NCBI GenBank assembly: GCA_002269645.1
Contig: NIVC01000245.1
Location: 434,001 to 498,000, forward strand
Source of the DNA: Macrostomum lignano
Taxonomy: Eukaryota
Direction: 5' to 3'
DNA length: 64,000 nucleotides
The notes beneath the pieces were generated by a model. That model ran no database searches. It was not told where the DNA came from and worked only from the letters and a program-made list of their open reading frames with translations. This document shows positions 1 through 14,880 of this stretch, piece after piece. Made by a program: the position numbers and the translations under genes. Numbering within the stretch: the first letter of the stretch is position 1; every line of letters starts with the position of its first letter.

Positions 1-18
1 AAATCCTATACTTAGCCG

Positions 19-670
19 GCGCCACTGTCTTATATTTGGCGCCGCTGTCCTATATTTGGCGCCACTGTCCTATATTTGGCGCCACAGTCCTATATTTGGC
101 GCCACTGTCCTATACTTGGCGCCACTGTCCTATATTTGGCACCACTGTACAATATTTGACGCCACTGTACAATATTTAGCGCCACTGTACAATATTTTGA
201 GCGATAGTCTTATATTTGGCGCCACTGTCCTATATTTGGCGCCGCTGTCCTATATTTGGCGCCGCTGTCCTATATTTGGCGCCACTGTACAAAATTTTGC
301 GCTACTGTACAATATTTGGAGCGACAGTCATATATTTGGCGCCACTGTACAATATTTGGCGCCACTGTCCTATATTTGGCGCCACTGTCCTATATTTGGC
401 GCCGCTGTCCTATATTTGGCGCCACTGTCCTATATTTGGCGCCACTGTCCTATATTTGCTGCCGCTGTCCTATATTTGGCGCCGCTGTCCTATATTTGGC
501 GCCACTGTCCTATATTTGGCGCCACTGTCCTATATTTGGCGTCACTGTCCTATATTTGGCGCCGCTGTCCTATATTTGGCGCCACTGTCCTATATTTGGC
601 GCCACTGTCCTATATTTGGCGTCACTGTCCTATATTTGGCGTCACTGTCCTATATTTGGCGCCACTGTCC
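19..670. repeat. 20-bp tandem minisatellite (GCCACTGTCCTATATTTGGC)n, ~32 copies
   Basis: Directly visible unit; explains the ORFs at 56..778, 216..773 and 256..954. Confidence 0.95.
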
Positions 671-689
671 TACATTTGTTCTATATTCG

Positions 690-885
690 GCTGTTCAGTC
701 CAAGGACTGGGGGTCGCCACACACACCCTCAATTACCTCAGCTTATGCTGGCACCCATTTTACAGCTGGGTGAACTGAAGCAATGCAGAGTCAAGTGTCT
801 TGCTCAAGAACACAAATTGTTCCGAGTGGATCGAGAATCGAACCCCCGACCTTTCAAATCGTATGTCCGACGCTCTAATTACCTA
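690..885 (-). mobile_element. tRNA-headed CORE-type SINE (partial)
   Basis: The minus strand has a B box (GGTTCGATTC) followed by TTGAGCAAGACACTTGACTCTGCATTGCTTCAGTTCACCCAGCTGTAAAATGGG, which aligns by eye to the MIR/CORE consensus. A second copy lies at ~40995..41110. Confidence 0.7.
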
Positions 886-909
886 TTTCTGGTAAGACTC
901 AAAACTCAC

Positions 910-3123
910 AGATTTCGCACGGCAGCTGTGACCCTGCCGCCACTTTCAAGCTGAGGCTTCTCTTGTTGCCGGCGTCCCCGCTGGCGCTGGCGTCCCCGGC
1001 TGCTGACCTTAGCCTGAGCATCTTCATCATTGCGCCGCCTCATCTGATCCAGTCGAGCAGCGGCTCGCATGCAGTCAGCCTTTTTCACAGCCTCCTGCAG
1101 CTCTATCAGTCGCTCCTTATAGGCATTTCGTTCCATTAATAATCGAGTGACTTCGACTTGAGTGACAGCTGGATGATTGCCGCATTCGACGGTGTCATCT
1201 GTTTGAGCTGAAGAGTCTGCTGTAGCAGTCTCGCTGCTCAGCTGTGTCTGAAATTTGATGATGCTTTCCTCCGCTTGACAGAGTTGCCTCAGGAGACTCT
1301 CGTTCTCTCTGCAAATTGTGTGGGTTGAAGGATTTACTTATAACTAGCTATAAGCCAAGAAGAATAAATTCTTAGTTTAGTAGGGTATCCAATGAGTTCT
1401 AGCCAATGGGGTAGAAGGGATCCAATGAGTTGTAGCCAATGGGGTAGAAGGGATCCAATGAGTTGTAGCCAATGGGGTAGAAGGGATCCAATGAGTTGTA
1501 GCCAATGGGATAGAAGGGATCCAATGAGTTGTAGCCAATGGGGTAGAAGGGATCCAATGAGTTGTAGCCAATGGGATAGAAGGGATCCAATGAGTTGTAG
1601 CCAATGGGGTAGAAGGGATCCAATGAGTTGTAGCCAATGGGGTAGAAGGGATCCAATGAGTTGTAGCCAATGGGGTAGAAGGGATCCAATGTGTTGTAGC
1701 CAATGGGGTAGAAGGGATCCAATGAGTTTTAGCCAATGGGGTAGAAGGGATCCAATGAGTTGTAGCCAATGGGGTAGAAGGGATCCAATGAGTTTTAGCC
1801 AATGGGGTAGAAGGGATCCAATGAGTTGTAGCCAATGGGGTAGAAGGGATCCAATGAGTTGTAGCCAATGGGGTAGAAGGGATCCAATTTACACGCTCAC
1901 CTATCCGCGTAGCTCACGCGAGCCGTTAGTCGTTCTTTAGTAGACTGAAGTTCGCTTCTGAAGATGGTAAACCCCGAAATTATCTGTACGAATATATATA
2001 TACCTGTATGTTATTGCATAAGGTCTATTTAATACAAAATAAAAAATAACTTACACTGCCTCACGCAGTTCGACAATTTCTCCATTCAATATGTCAACCA
2101 GTCGTTCAGTTTCTTTGAATGCCTTCAAATCTAAAAAAAATTGAAGCACCACAAACTTCACATTATCAACTATCAGTCAACTTCAGTATTATTCTATAAT
2201 TATGCCAGCCCATAGAACCAATTTGATCCTCGCCTTCATCAGCAGCTGCAGCCTCCTCCAATCTTCTAGAGAGTCGCCGACGCGCCTCGGCTTCTGACGC
2301 TGAAGTCCTGCGCCAGGCCTCGCGCTCCTCCGATGCGGCCTCCTCAGCTGCGGCTAGTAGCGCCTCAACCTGGCGCCTGGCGCGGATTTCGCGCTCCAAC
2401 TGACTGGCGGACTCGGCGCGCAACAGCCCCAGTTCGGCCTGCAAGTCCGACTGCGACGCCAAAGAGGACTCGAGAGATTCAAGGGCGCCAACCACCAGAG
2501 GCATCAGGCCTCGGACTGCGTCTTCGTCATATCTGGTGGTGGGTTGGTCAGTAAGCTGGTGAGATGTCAGTAGATTGGTTAGTTGGTCAGAGAGTTGGTC
2601 AGTAGGTTGATGGGATTGTCAGTAGTTTGGTCAGTAGGTTGGTGGATTGTCAGTGGTTTGGTGGGTTGGTCAGTAGGTCGGTCAATAAATTGGTTAGTTG
2701 GTCAGAGGGTTGGTCAATGGGTTGGTAGGTTGTTCAGTAGATTGGTTATAGTTGGTCAGTGGGTTAGTGGGTTGGTCAGAGAGTTGATCAGTGGGCTGGT
2801 CAGTAGATTGGTCTGTGTGTTAGCCAGTAGGCTGGTTAGTGGATTGGTCAGCCAAATAGTCAGCAAGTTGGTAGGGCAGTCAGTGAGTTGGTCAAGTAGG
2901 TGGTCAGTTTTTCAATTTAATTGGATTATATCGTTTTTGATTGTTTTTGATTACTTATATTAACCACTAAGAAAAATAGAAGTGCATACCTCTGTACAAC
3001 CCTTTCAAATTCAGCATAAATGCTAGTAGCCAAATCTTGAACACAGTCAGATAAGACAGTTGGACTTGATGAATTTTGTTGCTCTACTAAGATGTCTCCA
3101 TTAGAAAATTGGTGTGCATACAT
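910..3123 (-). CDS. JIP3/JIP4 (Sunday driver)-like RH1+RH2 motor adaptor; exons 2990..3123, ~2219/2234..2532, 2055..2130, 910..1308; probably continues beyond the left edge
   Basis: RH1-like VLSDCVQDLATSIYAEFERVVQRYDEDAVRGLMPLVVGALESL and RH2-like EVTRLLMERNAYKERLIELQEAVK. Splice phases are compatible. The apparent TGA at 906 lies inside a GTGAGT donor. Confidence 0.8.
1390..1888. repeat. 33-bp intronic minisatellite (AGCCAATGGGGTAGAAGGGATCCAATGAGTTGT)n, ~15 copies
   Basis: Directly visible; lies inside an intron of the JIP3-like gene. Confidence 0.95.
2545..2910. repeat. degenerate GGTTGGTCAGT-type repeat in an intron
   Basis: Recurrent GGTTGGTCAG/TAG words. Confidence 0.7.
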
Positions 3124-5768
3124 AATGTTTTAATATATATAAGCTGAAGTTATAATGAAGAGAAGAATCAATTTTAGCTTAGATTCAAAGTTGCTTTAAA
3201 ACTGAAATTATTCAATAATATTTCTATCTATAAGTTTCAGAAAATAGGTTTGTGTCAAAGATCTCTTTAAAATATTGGCATTATTATTAGTTATATGTAT
3301 CATGGGTATTATATTACTATTACTATTTCCTCCCTAAAAGCATTATTCTTTCTTATTTAAAAAGTTCCATTAGTGCATAATTGAAATTTAAAATTAATAT
3401 TCTCATTGCTTAGTTAATTACCTTTCTATACTAATGGAATATTAAAAAAATACAAAATGGAAAGCAACTTTTATAGCTTCCTATTCAATGAATATTATTG
3501 CATTTGCATTTAGTAAATATTAGTAAAAAAAACTTAAAAGCTTGATAATAATATAATAATATATGGGGGATATATTATATACATTCCATACCCTACATGG
3601 TTAGGTTAGGTTTTTGGGCATGCATATTGAAAATACTACGCCTTATTACCTATCAAACTATCATGACATTATTACATTAAGTTGCTATGAAACATAAACA
3701 GAACATTTGAGGCCAATGCATTGCATGATGATTAACATCTTACTTACAGCCATTTTAAAATATGCATAAACATTTTATTTTATATTTAATTATAAAATTT
3801 TTTACCTATTTCATTAGAACTATTTCTAGTACATTATGAAACATATGATAAGAGATAAAGGCTTTTGCATTTGATTGAATCGGTAATCAGTATGATTCGA
3901 TTAACCTTTGCAGTTCTCACTATTCTAAGTTCGTATAAAATAAAACAAAAGTTTCAATCCAAGTTTCATTAATAATATAATCTAAATATACTAAATCTTA
4001 ATATACTATATAGGCAAAGGCAAAGGTGCATGAAGCGAGTTATTATTTCTCAGAAAGCCATGAAATAATGGCTAGTTTAAATTAGTTCTCCCGATAATTA
4101 CACAAAAGCTTAAACAAAGTTCGTTTGAATTTTTTAAAGGTAATTTCAAACTGACTTTAAAAAGTTAAAAAAATTTCTTTTTTCTTTTTCAACATAAAAA
4201 ATCTAACTAGCGTTTTTACAAATAAAATAACCAAATGTCATTTGATAATCAAATCAAAAACATGTTACTTTCTCTTCAAATACATTCAGATGGAATAGTT
4301 GGACACAGTACGTACAACTATATATCTTTAACAAAGCCGCCCGCGTATTCCTTGTTTGTTAGCGGCTGTATTTCACTTCCCTGTAACCAATTTCGATTCA
4401 CTCTATAATTGTAGTCTAGTCCTGTTTGCTGATATACATGTACTGTTATATGTATGTACAAATACATGTACATGTACATAGACACATTCACCCAGACCTA
4501 CTAAAGTAGTCCCTGTGGCCAATCACTTCGGGTAAATACATTATTTACGCACTTCTAATAAATGAATCATTGACGATCATCGATTGAATGTAATGAATAC
4601 GCGACATTTACAGTGGATTCTATACAATGAGGAAGGAGAGAGCGCCCGTTTGTTTTGATACGTTAGCCATAATTTATAGAATTGATTGAACATGTACTCA
4701 CACGGAAATATAAGAACTATCTGATATATTCATGCTAAATATACTGTATACACGCTCATGTATATACATGTACATGTGTAGCAAATGAATGACATGTCTT
4801 GCTTTAATGATGGTCATCGGCCACGCAGGCTATAGCGTGTCGATCCAGTGACACCCTTTCATATTTCTGAAGGTCTAGAATTGCTCCGCCTGGGAGAGAA
4901 GGCCAATGAACACCGAAGTCAGAGCTGATGCAGGCGACACCTACCAGTCGATGTGACGTGCGCTGAAAAATTTCCAGCGACGCAAATAGACTTCGGAACG
5001 TTTTAGACGATGTCGCCGACGTCGAACTAATGTACGGGCGCAAGGCGCAGTGCTGATTGGCGCATAATGGAGTGGTGAATCACTATAAAGCTTTTTGGGG
5101 AAATGAATGGGACCTTCTGGCAGAATTATTTGATATCTCGACGGCCCGGGGGGACTTGAATTCTTGTTTGGAGAATGTGCGCATGCGCAAGAAAGTCAAT
5201 TAGCCCCGTGTTCATGGATTTCGTGTGCCCGAGTTGCTCCGATCCATTCCGGCGTAGCAAAGCATTTGTCAGGGCCGGGGAGGGGAGAGAAAACGCAAGC
5301 TGCAATCTACAGTGTGCAATTTCAGCTTTGTTTAATTCTGATAGATATATGCATATATTTTGATTGAAGCCTCAGCAATTAAGTTTTGTACACACTTGAA
5401 TATTATAGCTACACGGAAAACTATTTATACTAAAATACTTGGATTATATCTGTAGTTGAAATTTGTAATGCATGTACCAGAATTGGCATGAAAATATCGG
5501 TCGAAAATTCTTTATTTAGTCGCGAACCGACCGAACCGAAATTCTGAAGCGCATTCGTACACGTTGGACCAAACATTCGATTCGTGTCAAGTTTATTAGC
5601 CGCAAGTTTATTTTTGTACACACGTGTAAAGTTTCTGTATATATTTACTAACCACATGTGTTGTGCCACACTCCAAATCGCACAGTCCGAGCGCAACTCA
5701 TACGGAACTATTCTAGTAATCAGGCTTACGGAGTCTGGAAACAACCATCAGCTAAAAATTAGGACAGC

Positions 5769-7292
5769 ATGAGCATCAACGAGTCGAGATTCTGCAGCTT
5801 TCGGTACTGCAACAGATTCGTTAAGATGACAGAAATTAGCCAAGGCATCCGTCTCTGCCCGGTTCATTTTAATAAAGAAAAAGTTAACGCAGACGTGCGT
5901 AAAAACAGCCTGTTGAAGAGTTTGCGTTCTCTATTGGACTCCAGTGAAAACGAGAAGACGATACAGGCTCGACAGAGTGCCCTGGCGGCCGAAGTCAAAG
6001 AAGTCAATGAAACATTCGACGCACTAGAAGAGACGCTTCAGCGGTGGAGGCATCGGATAGTCAGCAGGCTGCAGACGGCGCACGATTCAATCAGCGACAG
6101 GTCCAGCGATGCCATCAAAGCTGAGCAGTACGAACGGGACCTGTCGAAGGCTAGCGAGGTCGGTGACATAAAGAAGGTGATGGAGCTGACTGGCATAACT
6201 GAACTGTGGCTGGAAGAGGCTACGGAAGCCCGTGCGAAGTTTTACGACAAGCACAGTTTGGTCGAACGGTCGGTAGGCGACGTATCCACCTGGGTGCAGC
6301 AGTTAAGCTTCATTATCGACAGGCACATGGACGGTGTAATTAGAGAGTTCTGGCTTGACGACGGTGATTCAAAGTCAGTTTGCGAGTCGATAGCAGTAAT
6401 TGACGATCTTGATGACGAGCCCTGCCACCTGGCGTGCTGCTCAAACACGGCTGGATTCGGTAGTGACCAGTGGGGTCGAATAGTGAAAGCTGACACGTCG
6501 AACTCGGGAATTGTCCCTCTGCCTCAGCCGTGCATATTTGTATCATTCGACTGGAAGTCGGTGGATTACCTATTGGCGATGTCCTTGGACGGAACGGCAA
6601 GGCTAAAGTACTATACAGAGCTTGATAACAATGATCAATCCATCAGCGGATTGCACTGCGACAATGACAGGCAGCTACTGTTTGTGGCTCAAATCCTGAC
6701 AGTCACAGTGACTGACCTAAGCGGCGAAGTGAAGCACGTGATCACCGAAGACACGCTGAGTCAAGAAACCGTGTTCATCAGCGCTATTGATGGAAATGCT
6801 ACTCACTTGTACCTGTTCAATCAAGAGTCGAAGTGTATTCTGGTAGTTGGCAAGAATCTTAGTCATCAGTTGGAGCGAATGATCAGCATCGGCTCACTGA
6901 TAAAAGGCTGTGTAAGCGAGATATTATTGCACGAAAAAGAAGTGCTAGTGGTTGACAGTTCAGTGGGTAAATTGCACGAAATCAGTAGCCTCAGTGGTGA
7001 GATAATTAATAGCTTTCCTAAAACCGAGGAAAACTTCAGTGCGCCATGTCACGCTACGATCGACATTCAAGGCAGAATATTCGTAGCGGAGACGGAGAGT
7101 CACACTGTTCGCGTGTTCTCCAACAGCGGCGACCCGTTGCAAACACTTGGCTCCCCTGGCCAGGCGGGTGACGACGAAAGCACGCTCCGCTGCCCGGATG
7201 CGCTGGCTGCGATTGACGCCGGGGACAAAGGACACTTCCTGATTGTTGCCGACAGTGGAAATTTCCGGCTTCGAGTGTTTTCTTTGCTGTAA
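5769..7292 (+). CDS. intronless Cys/His zinc-finger + coiled-coil + NHL-like beta-propeller protein (507 aa), paralog A
   Basis: N-terminal C-x4-C...C-x2-H, helical coiled-coil segment, and NHL-like repeats (IDIQGRIFVAETESHTVRVFS; LIVADSGNFRLRVFS). Confidence 0.8.
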   Translation: MSINESRFCSFRYCNRFVKMTEISQGIRLCPVHFNKEKVNADVRKNSLLKSLRSLLDSSENEKTIQARQSALAAEVKEVNETFDALEETLQRWRHRIVSRLQTAHDSISDRSSDAIKAEQYERDLSKASEVGDIKKVMELTGITELWLEEATEARAKFYDKHSLVERSVGDVSTWVQQLSFIIDRHMDGVIREFWLDDGDSKSVCESIAVIDDLDDEPCHLACCSNTAGFGSDQWGRIVKADTSNSGIVPLPQPCIFVSFDWKSVDYLLAMSLDGTARLKYYTELDNNDQSISGLHCDNDRQLLFVAQILTVTVTDLSGEVKHVITEDTLSQETVFISAIDGNATHLYLFNQESKCILVVGKNLSHQLERMISIGSLIKGCVSEILLHEKEVLVVDSSVGKLHEISSLSGEIINSFPKTEENFSAPCHATIDIQGRIFVAETESHTVRVFSNSGDPLQTLGSPGQAGDDESTLRCPDALAAIDAGDKGHFLIVADSGNFRLRVFSLL

Positions 7293-8344
7293 TGACACAC
7301 GGGCGTAGCTAGGGGGGGGGGGGGCACAGGCCGGACAGAATCATGGCACCACCCCGCTGACTTGGCGCCACTGTTCCCAAATTTTAGCAGTGCCCCGGAC
7401 AGACTTTGGCGCTTTCCTTACGATGGGGCTTCTGGTACTGCCATCTCCTCAATAAATATATGCTACGTCAAAGACACTGTGCAATTAAAAACTGAACCTA
7501 AGCAAAAACCCTAATTTCTATCTATGGTAAACAAATAATTTTACCTTGTTACCTGCATTCATAAATTACATGGCGTCAAAAATTTCAATTGTTCATATCA
7601 AAAAACCGATACAATATACGCGCATACTTAGAAAAGTGAGAATTTATATCAATTCTAATAATACTTTAGTCAGTGTAGCTCGAGACGTTTATCACGATTT
7701 CGACGATGTAAAACTTCGAACTGGCTGCGCCTAATCATAAACATCCGGTCTGTCTTACAAAGTTAATTAGAAATAGTATATTAGAAATGTGATAATTCTA
7801 ATACTACTGTTATCCAATCACAAATTACCGGTAGGTAAAGGAAAGAAGCTAGCTTGTTATGGGTAGCTCGCAAGAGAAACATATTTTTAAGTAAATAAAC
7901 TTGAATAAACATTACTTAATAGTGAAAGCGCAGAAATATACTTCATTGGTTGTTTATTCTTTGATTTTCTTGAATTTCAAATAAATAAATAAAATATTTT
8001 GACATTCCTCAATTCAGTATAGTAAGATCTACAGTAAGAAGTTCTGTGAATCAGTTTGGCAATATTATAAAAATGGATCGTATCCTAAACTATATTTTAA
8101 AAAATCGAACAAACAGTTATCGCTATATTGGCAAAGTTTAAAACCAGTTTGTAAAAATTACTGTACACTTTTAATTCCTATTTTAATACTGTACACCATG
8201 CTTGAAAACCTTGGTGCAAAAAGCCATAAAAGTTCAAAATCGAGCAGTTAGCAGTCTGAGCATCCTGATTAGATGGCATAGAACCCGCAAAAATGGAAGA
8301 TCTGACTAATCAACGTTGCACTGGCAGTACCAAAAAGTCTTCAG

Positions 8345-9943
8345 TTAAATAAAGTAAAAAACAAGTAGTGAATTGTCGCGTTCATTGGCGACAACCAGAC
8401 TGCTAGTAGCATCTTCAGCTTCAATCACAGCCAAGCCGAATCGATACATATCGTCTGACGGTTGTAGTTTAGCCACAATCAACGTCTGGATTAGCGATCC
8501 GTTCCAGCAGGATAAGACTCGCACGAATTGACCGCCGTTCTCGGAGACGTACATTAAGCCTCTGCTATCCATGACTACTTGCCCAGGAAGAACTAGCTCT
8601 AGGTCATCATACAAGTCTGGATACGCAGCCAGAACTTGACCGGTGATGGTGCACACCCGATGAATAAGACCGCTACGAAAGTTTAACAACAGCAGCTTGT
8701 TGTCATGCAGACAGAGCTCATCAAGGCTATCGACATCAAAGCCGCTCACATCAATACTAAACTCCAGCTTACCAGAGTTCTTACTGATTACCAGAACATT
8801 ACCCAAGGCCCGGTTCAATGCAAAAACTTTGTCTAAACTCCCAGCAATGGCCGTGATTCGCAAATTGCTCTGGTTGAGAGTGTCGCCGGTGATAACTCGC
8901 CGCACTGCTCCGCCAAGATTGGTCACGGTTATAACCAGGAATTGAGCTATAAATAACATCTGCCTATCATTGTCGCAGTGGAGTCCGCTGATCCATTCAT
9001 CCCAGTCCAAGTCAGTGTAGTACTTCACTCTTACAGCTCCATCGAGCGATGTTACCAACAAATGATCGGCGGTCTTATTTTGAAAAGAAACGAAAAGACA
9101 CGACTGAGGCAGAGGAGTCAGTTTAGAAGTTGACGACTCACAGGGCGCGACTTTACCAGTTGAATCATAACCGAACCCGGAAGTGTTGCAGCAGGCAGTC
9201 AAGTGACACGGACTATTCTCAAGTCCGTCTATTGTTGCCGATGCTTCCGGAAGACAAACTAGCGACGAATATACCGCCTCACTACTATCAGTAGTCGCAT
9301 CATCTAACCAACACCGTTTAGTTACGTCACCCATGTGTTTGTCAATGATGTAGTTCAACTGTTTAACACCACAGGATGCGTCTCCCACTGATCGAACTTT
9401 CACATCGGCACTCAGACCGCGCCTTGCCGAGCCCTGTCGACTGTGAAGCTTTACACGAGCTTCGGTAAACTGCTCAAGCCGCTCGTTAGCATCCTCGAGC
9501 CACAGCTCAGCCGAAGAAGTGAGATCCATCACTTTTCTCATGTCATTGGCTTCACAAGCATTTGATATGTCCTTCTCGCACTGCTCAGCCTCGGAAGCGT
9601 CATTAAGCCGATCAGACACCGAATCGTGCGCCGCCTGCACTCGACACAGAATCCGCTCCCTCCAGCGCTGCAGCTTCTCCTGAAGCGCATCAAACTCGTC
9701 ATTCACATCGTCAATCTCAGCGGCTAGAGCGCTCTGCTCAACTCGCAGCAGCGACCTATCAGACGAGTCTCCAATAAGACGCAACATTTGCACAAATTCA
9801 TCTTTTCGTTGCGTTAACTTAGCAAGATCTCGCTGCATGTGCAGCTGGCACAGTTGCAGTCCAGACAGGGGACTTCGGTCGCTAGCTGGAGAACGGCAGG
9901 CTCTGGAGCTGCAGACTGCATTCGGTTCTTCCGTTGTTGACAT
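8345..9943 (-). CDS. intronless zinc-finger + coiled-coil + NHL-like propeller protein (~532 aa), paralog B
   Basis: Shares blocks with paralog A (QSALAAE, ISGLHCDNDRQ.LF.AQ, PCHL..C.NT.GFG). The first in-frame ATG is at 9943; the track start at 9949 is TTG. Confidence 0.8.
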   Translation of the reverse strand: MSTTEEPNAVCSSRACRSPASDRSPLSGLQLCQLHMQRDLAKLTQRKDEFVQMLRLIGDSSDRSLLRVEQSALAAEIDDVNDEFDALQEKLQRWRERILCRVQAAHDSVSDRLNDASEAEQCEKDISNACEANDMRKVMDLTSSAELWLEDANERLEQFTEARVKLHSRQGSARRGLSADVKVRSVGDASCGVKQLNYIIDKHMGDVTKRCWLDDATTDSSEAVYSSLVCLPEASATIDGLENSPCHLTACCNTSGFGYDSTGKVAPCESSTSKLTPLPQSCLFVSFQNKTADHLLVTSLDGAVRVKYYTDLDWDEWISGLHCDNDRQMLFIAQFLVITVTNLGGAVRRVITGDTLNQSNLRITAIAGSLDKVFALNRALGNVLVISKNSGKLEFSIDVSGFDVDSLDELCLHDNKLLLLNFRSGLIHRVCTITGQVLAAYPDLYDDLELVLPGQVVMDSRGLMYVSENGGQFVRVLSCWNGSLIQTLIVAKLQPSDDMYRFGLAVIEAEDATSSLVVANERDNSLLVFYFI

Positions 9944-10699
9944 CGCCAATTTTCATCTATGACTTTATCAGTGCCATGAAAGTGTTTGTAAAGGCAATCA
10001 ATTTAGGTAAAGCAGCCTACGCGTGTTTGCGATTCACTAGCAACTTTTCTTAGACCCCTGTAGAATAAAAGCAAAGCACCATACAAGCGAGCCAATACTT
10101 TACAAAGGCAAGCACAAGTTCAAGCAGGGTGTAAAACGGCCCCAATTTTCTAATCGTCAGGCATGTGTACACTCTCTGTACCTTGGGAGGGAGGGGGGCA
10201 CGACAACATTCTGGACAATTTTCGTGCACAACTTCAAATGTATGTGATCGCGCACGGATTGAACCAAGAGTAGTGGTGCCAGAGTCAGGTGATTCTAGTA
10301 TCAATCATTATGAGCACAGCTCATCCAAAAATATAAGGCCAATGGTGTTAGTTATAACACACGCATGCCTCTAATAATACACGAATTACACGATCGGTTT
10401 TATAATGACACAACAAATCAGTGCCGAAATAATAGGCATATTTTTGTGTATTTATTAATTCAAAATGTGAAACCAAGAGTTTATGAGGGACTTATAGATA
10501 AACAATAACAAAAACGTGGGTAAGAAATGTTAGATAATTGTAAAATATTTGACTGCAACAGATATAATTTATCGAAATTTTGTCATTGAATTTCGGTCGT
10601 CAACATCTGTTTACACCTGCGGACCTCAAAAGCCTCTTTATCCGGCCCTCGGGTCCTTTGAAAATTCACAATAGCAATCCGTCCTGCTCAAGTTTGCGT

Positions 10700-11320
10700 C
10701 TCTTTTCAGCTCTCTTCTCCCCCCTCCTTTTTTGTCTCTTCTCACTTCTCTCCTTTCTCCTCTCTCTTATCAACTCTCTCTTCTCCTCTCCCTTCTCCCA
10801 TTTCTCCTCTCCCTTCTTCCCTTTCTCCTCTCCCTTCTCCCATTTCTCCTCTCCCTTCTTCCCTTTCTCCTCTCCCTTCTTCCCTTTCTCCTCTCCCTTC
10901 TCAACTTTCTCCTCTCCCTTCTCAACTTTCTCCTCTCCCTTCTCAACTTTCTCCTCTCCCTTCTCAACTTTCTCCTCTGCCTTCTCCCATTTCTCCTCTC
11001 CCTTCTCAACTTTCTCCTCTCCCTTCTCAACTTTCTCCTCTGCCTTCTCAACTTTCTCCTCTCCCTTCTCAACTTTCTCCTCTCCCTTCTCAACTTTCTC
11101 CTCTGCCTTCTCAACTTTCTCCTCTCCCTTCTCAACTTTCTCCTCTCCCTTCTCAACTTTCTCCTCTGCCTTCTCCCATTTCTCCTCTCCCTTCTCAACT
11201 TTCTCCTCTCCCTTCTCCCCTCTCTACTCTCTCTTTTCTTCGTTCAACTTTCTACTGTCCCATTTCGTCGCTCCTTTATTTCCTCGCTTCTCCTTTCCCC
11301 TTCTCTCTTCCCTCTCCTTT
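10700..11320. repeat. polypyrimidine 21-bp minisatellite (TTCTCCTCTCCCTTCTCAACT)n
   Basis: Directly visible; explains the S/F/P-rich and L-rich ORFs here. Confidence 0.9.
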
Positions 11321-11530
11321 GACCCGGATTCATTCGCTAGATTCTCTATTTGATGGTCGTAAAGTAAAAATGGCGTACGTTTCACACGACAAAAATAGGA
11401 TTTTAGTAAGTACGAGTATATAGGACGTTTAGTCCATGAAACGGTTCGCGCATAGCATTTGCTACAATTAGCTATTAACATGAAATTTCAACAGAGCAAG
11501 ATTCTATCAGGTTAGCTACACAAGCAAAGG

Positions 11531-14404
<2,874 letters not shown>

Positions 14405-14469
14405 AGATACGATGATGCGAAAATGAGTACTGTTTCATTGACAACAATGCACAGTGGAATTAAGCAACG

Positions 14470-14880
14470 GCTGCAGTTGTGGGTGAATCGATGATGCTTG
14501 CGGTGGGTGAATCGGGACTGATTGGGGTGGGTGAATCGGGACCGGTTGGGGTGGGTGAATCAGGACTGGTTGGGGTGGGTGAATCGGGAATATTTGGGGT
14601 GGGCGAATCGGGCATGGTTGGGGTGGGTGAATCGGGACTGGTTGGGGTGGGTGAATCGGGACTGGTTGGGGTGGGTGAATCGGGACCGGTTGGGGTGGGT
14701 GAATCGGGACTGGTTGGGGTGGGCGAATCGGGACTGGTTGGGGCGGGTGAATCGGGACCGGTTGGGGTGGGTGAATCGGGACCGGTTGGGGTGGGTGAAT
14801 CGAGATTGAGTGGGGTGGGTGAATCGGGACCGGTTGGGGTGGGTGAATCGAGATTGAGTGGGGTGGGTGAATCAGGACCG
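14470..14880. repeat. 24-bp G-rich minisatellite, ~17 copies, immediately upstream of LANCL3
   Basis: Directly visible. Confidence 0.95.

Noticed and set aside
19-670. CArG/SRF boxes in the 20-bp repeat
   Set aside because: CCTATATTTGG has 7 A/T between CC and GG, whereas a CArG box needs 6.
906-908. Apparent stop after RH2, implying a JIP3 without its WD40 domain
   Set aside because: The TGA lies within a consensus CT|GTGAGT donor, so the gene probably splices onward outside the window.
10161-10370. Possible hAT-type MITE (AGGCATG termini); similar short CAG(T/G)GGCG remnants at ~7300, ~39770 and ~59000
   Set aside because: The inverted repeats are only ~10 bp with no convincing TSD, so the evidence is too weak to call.
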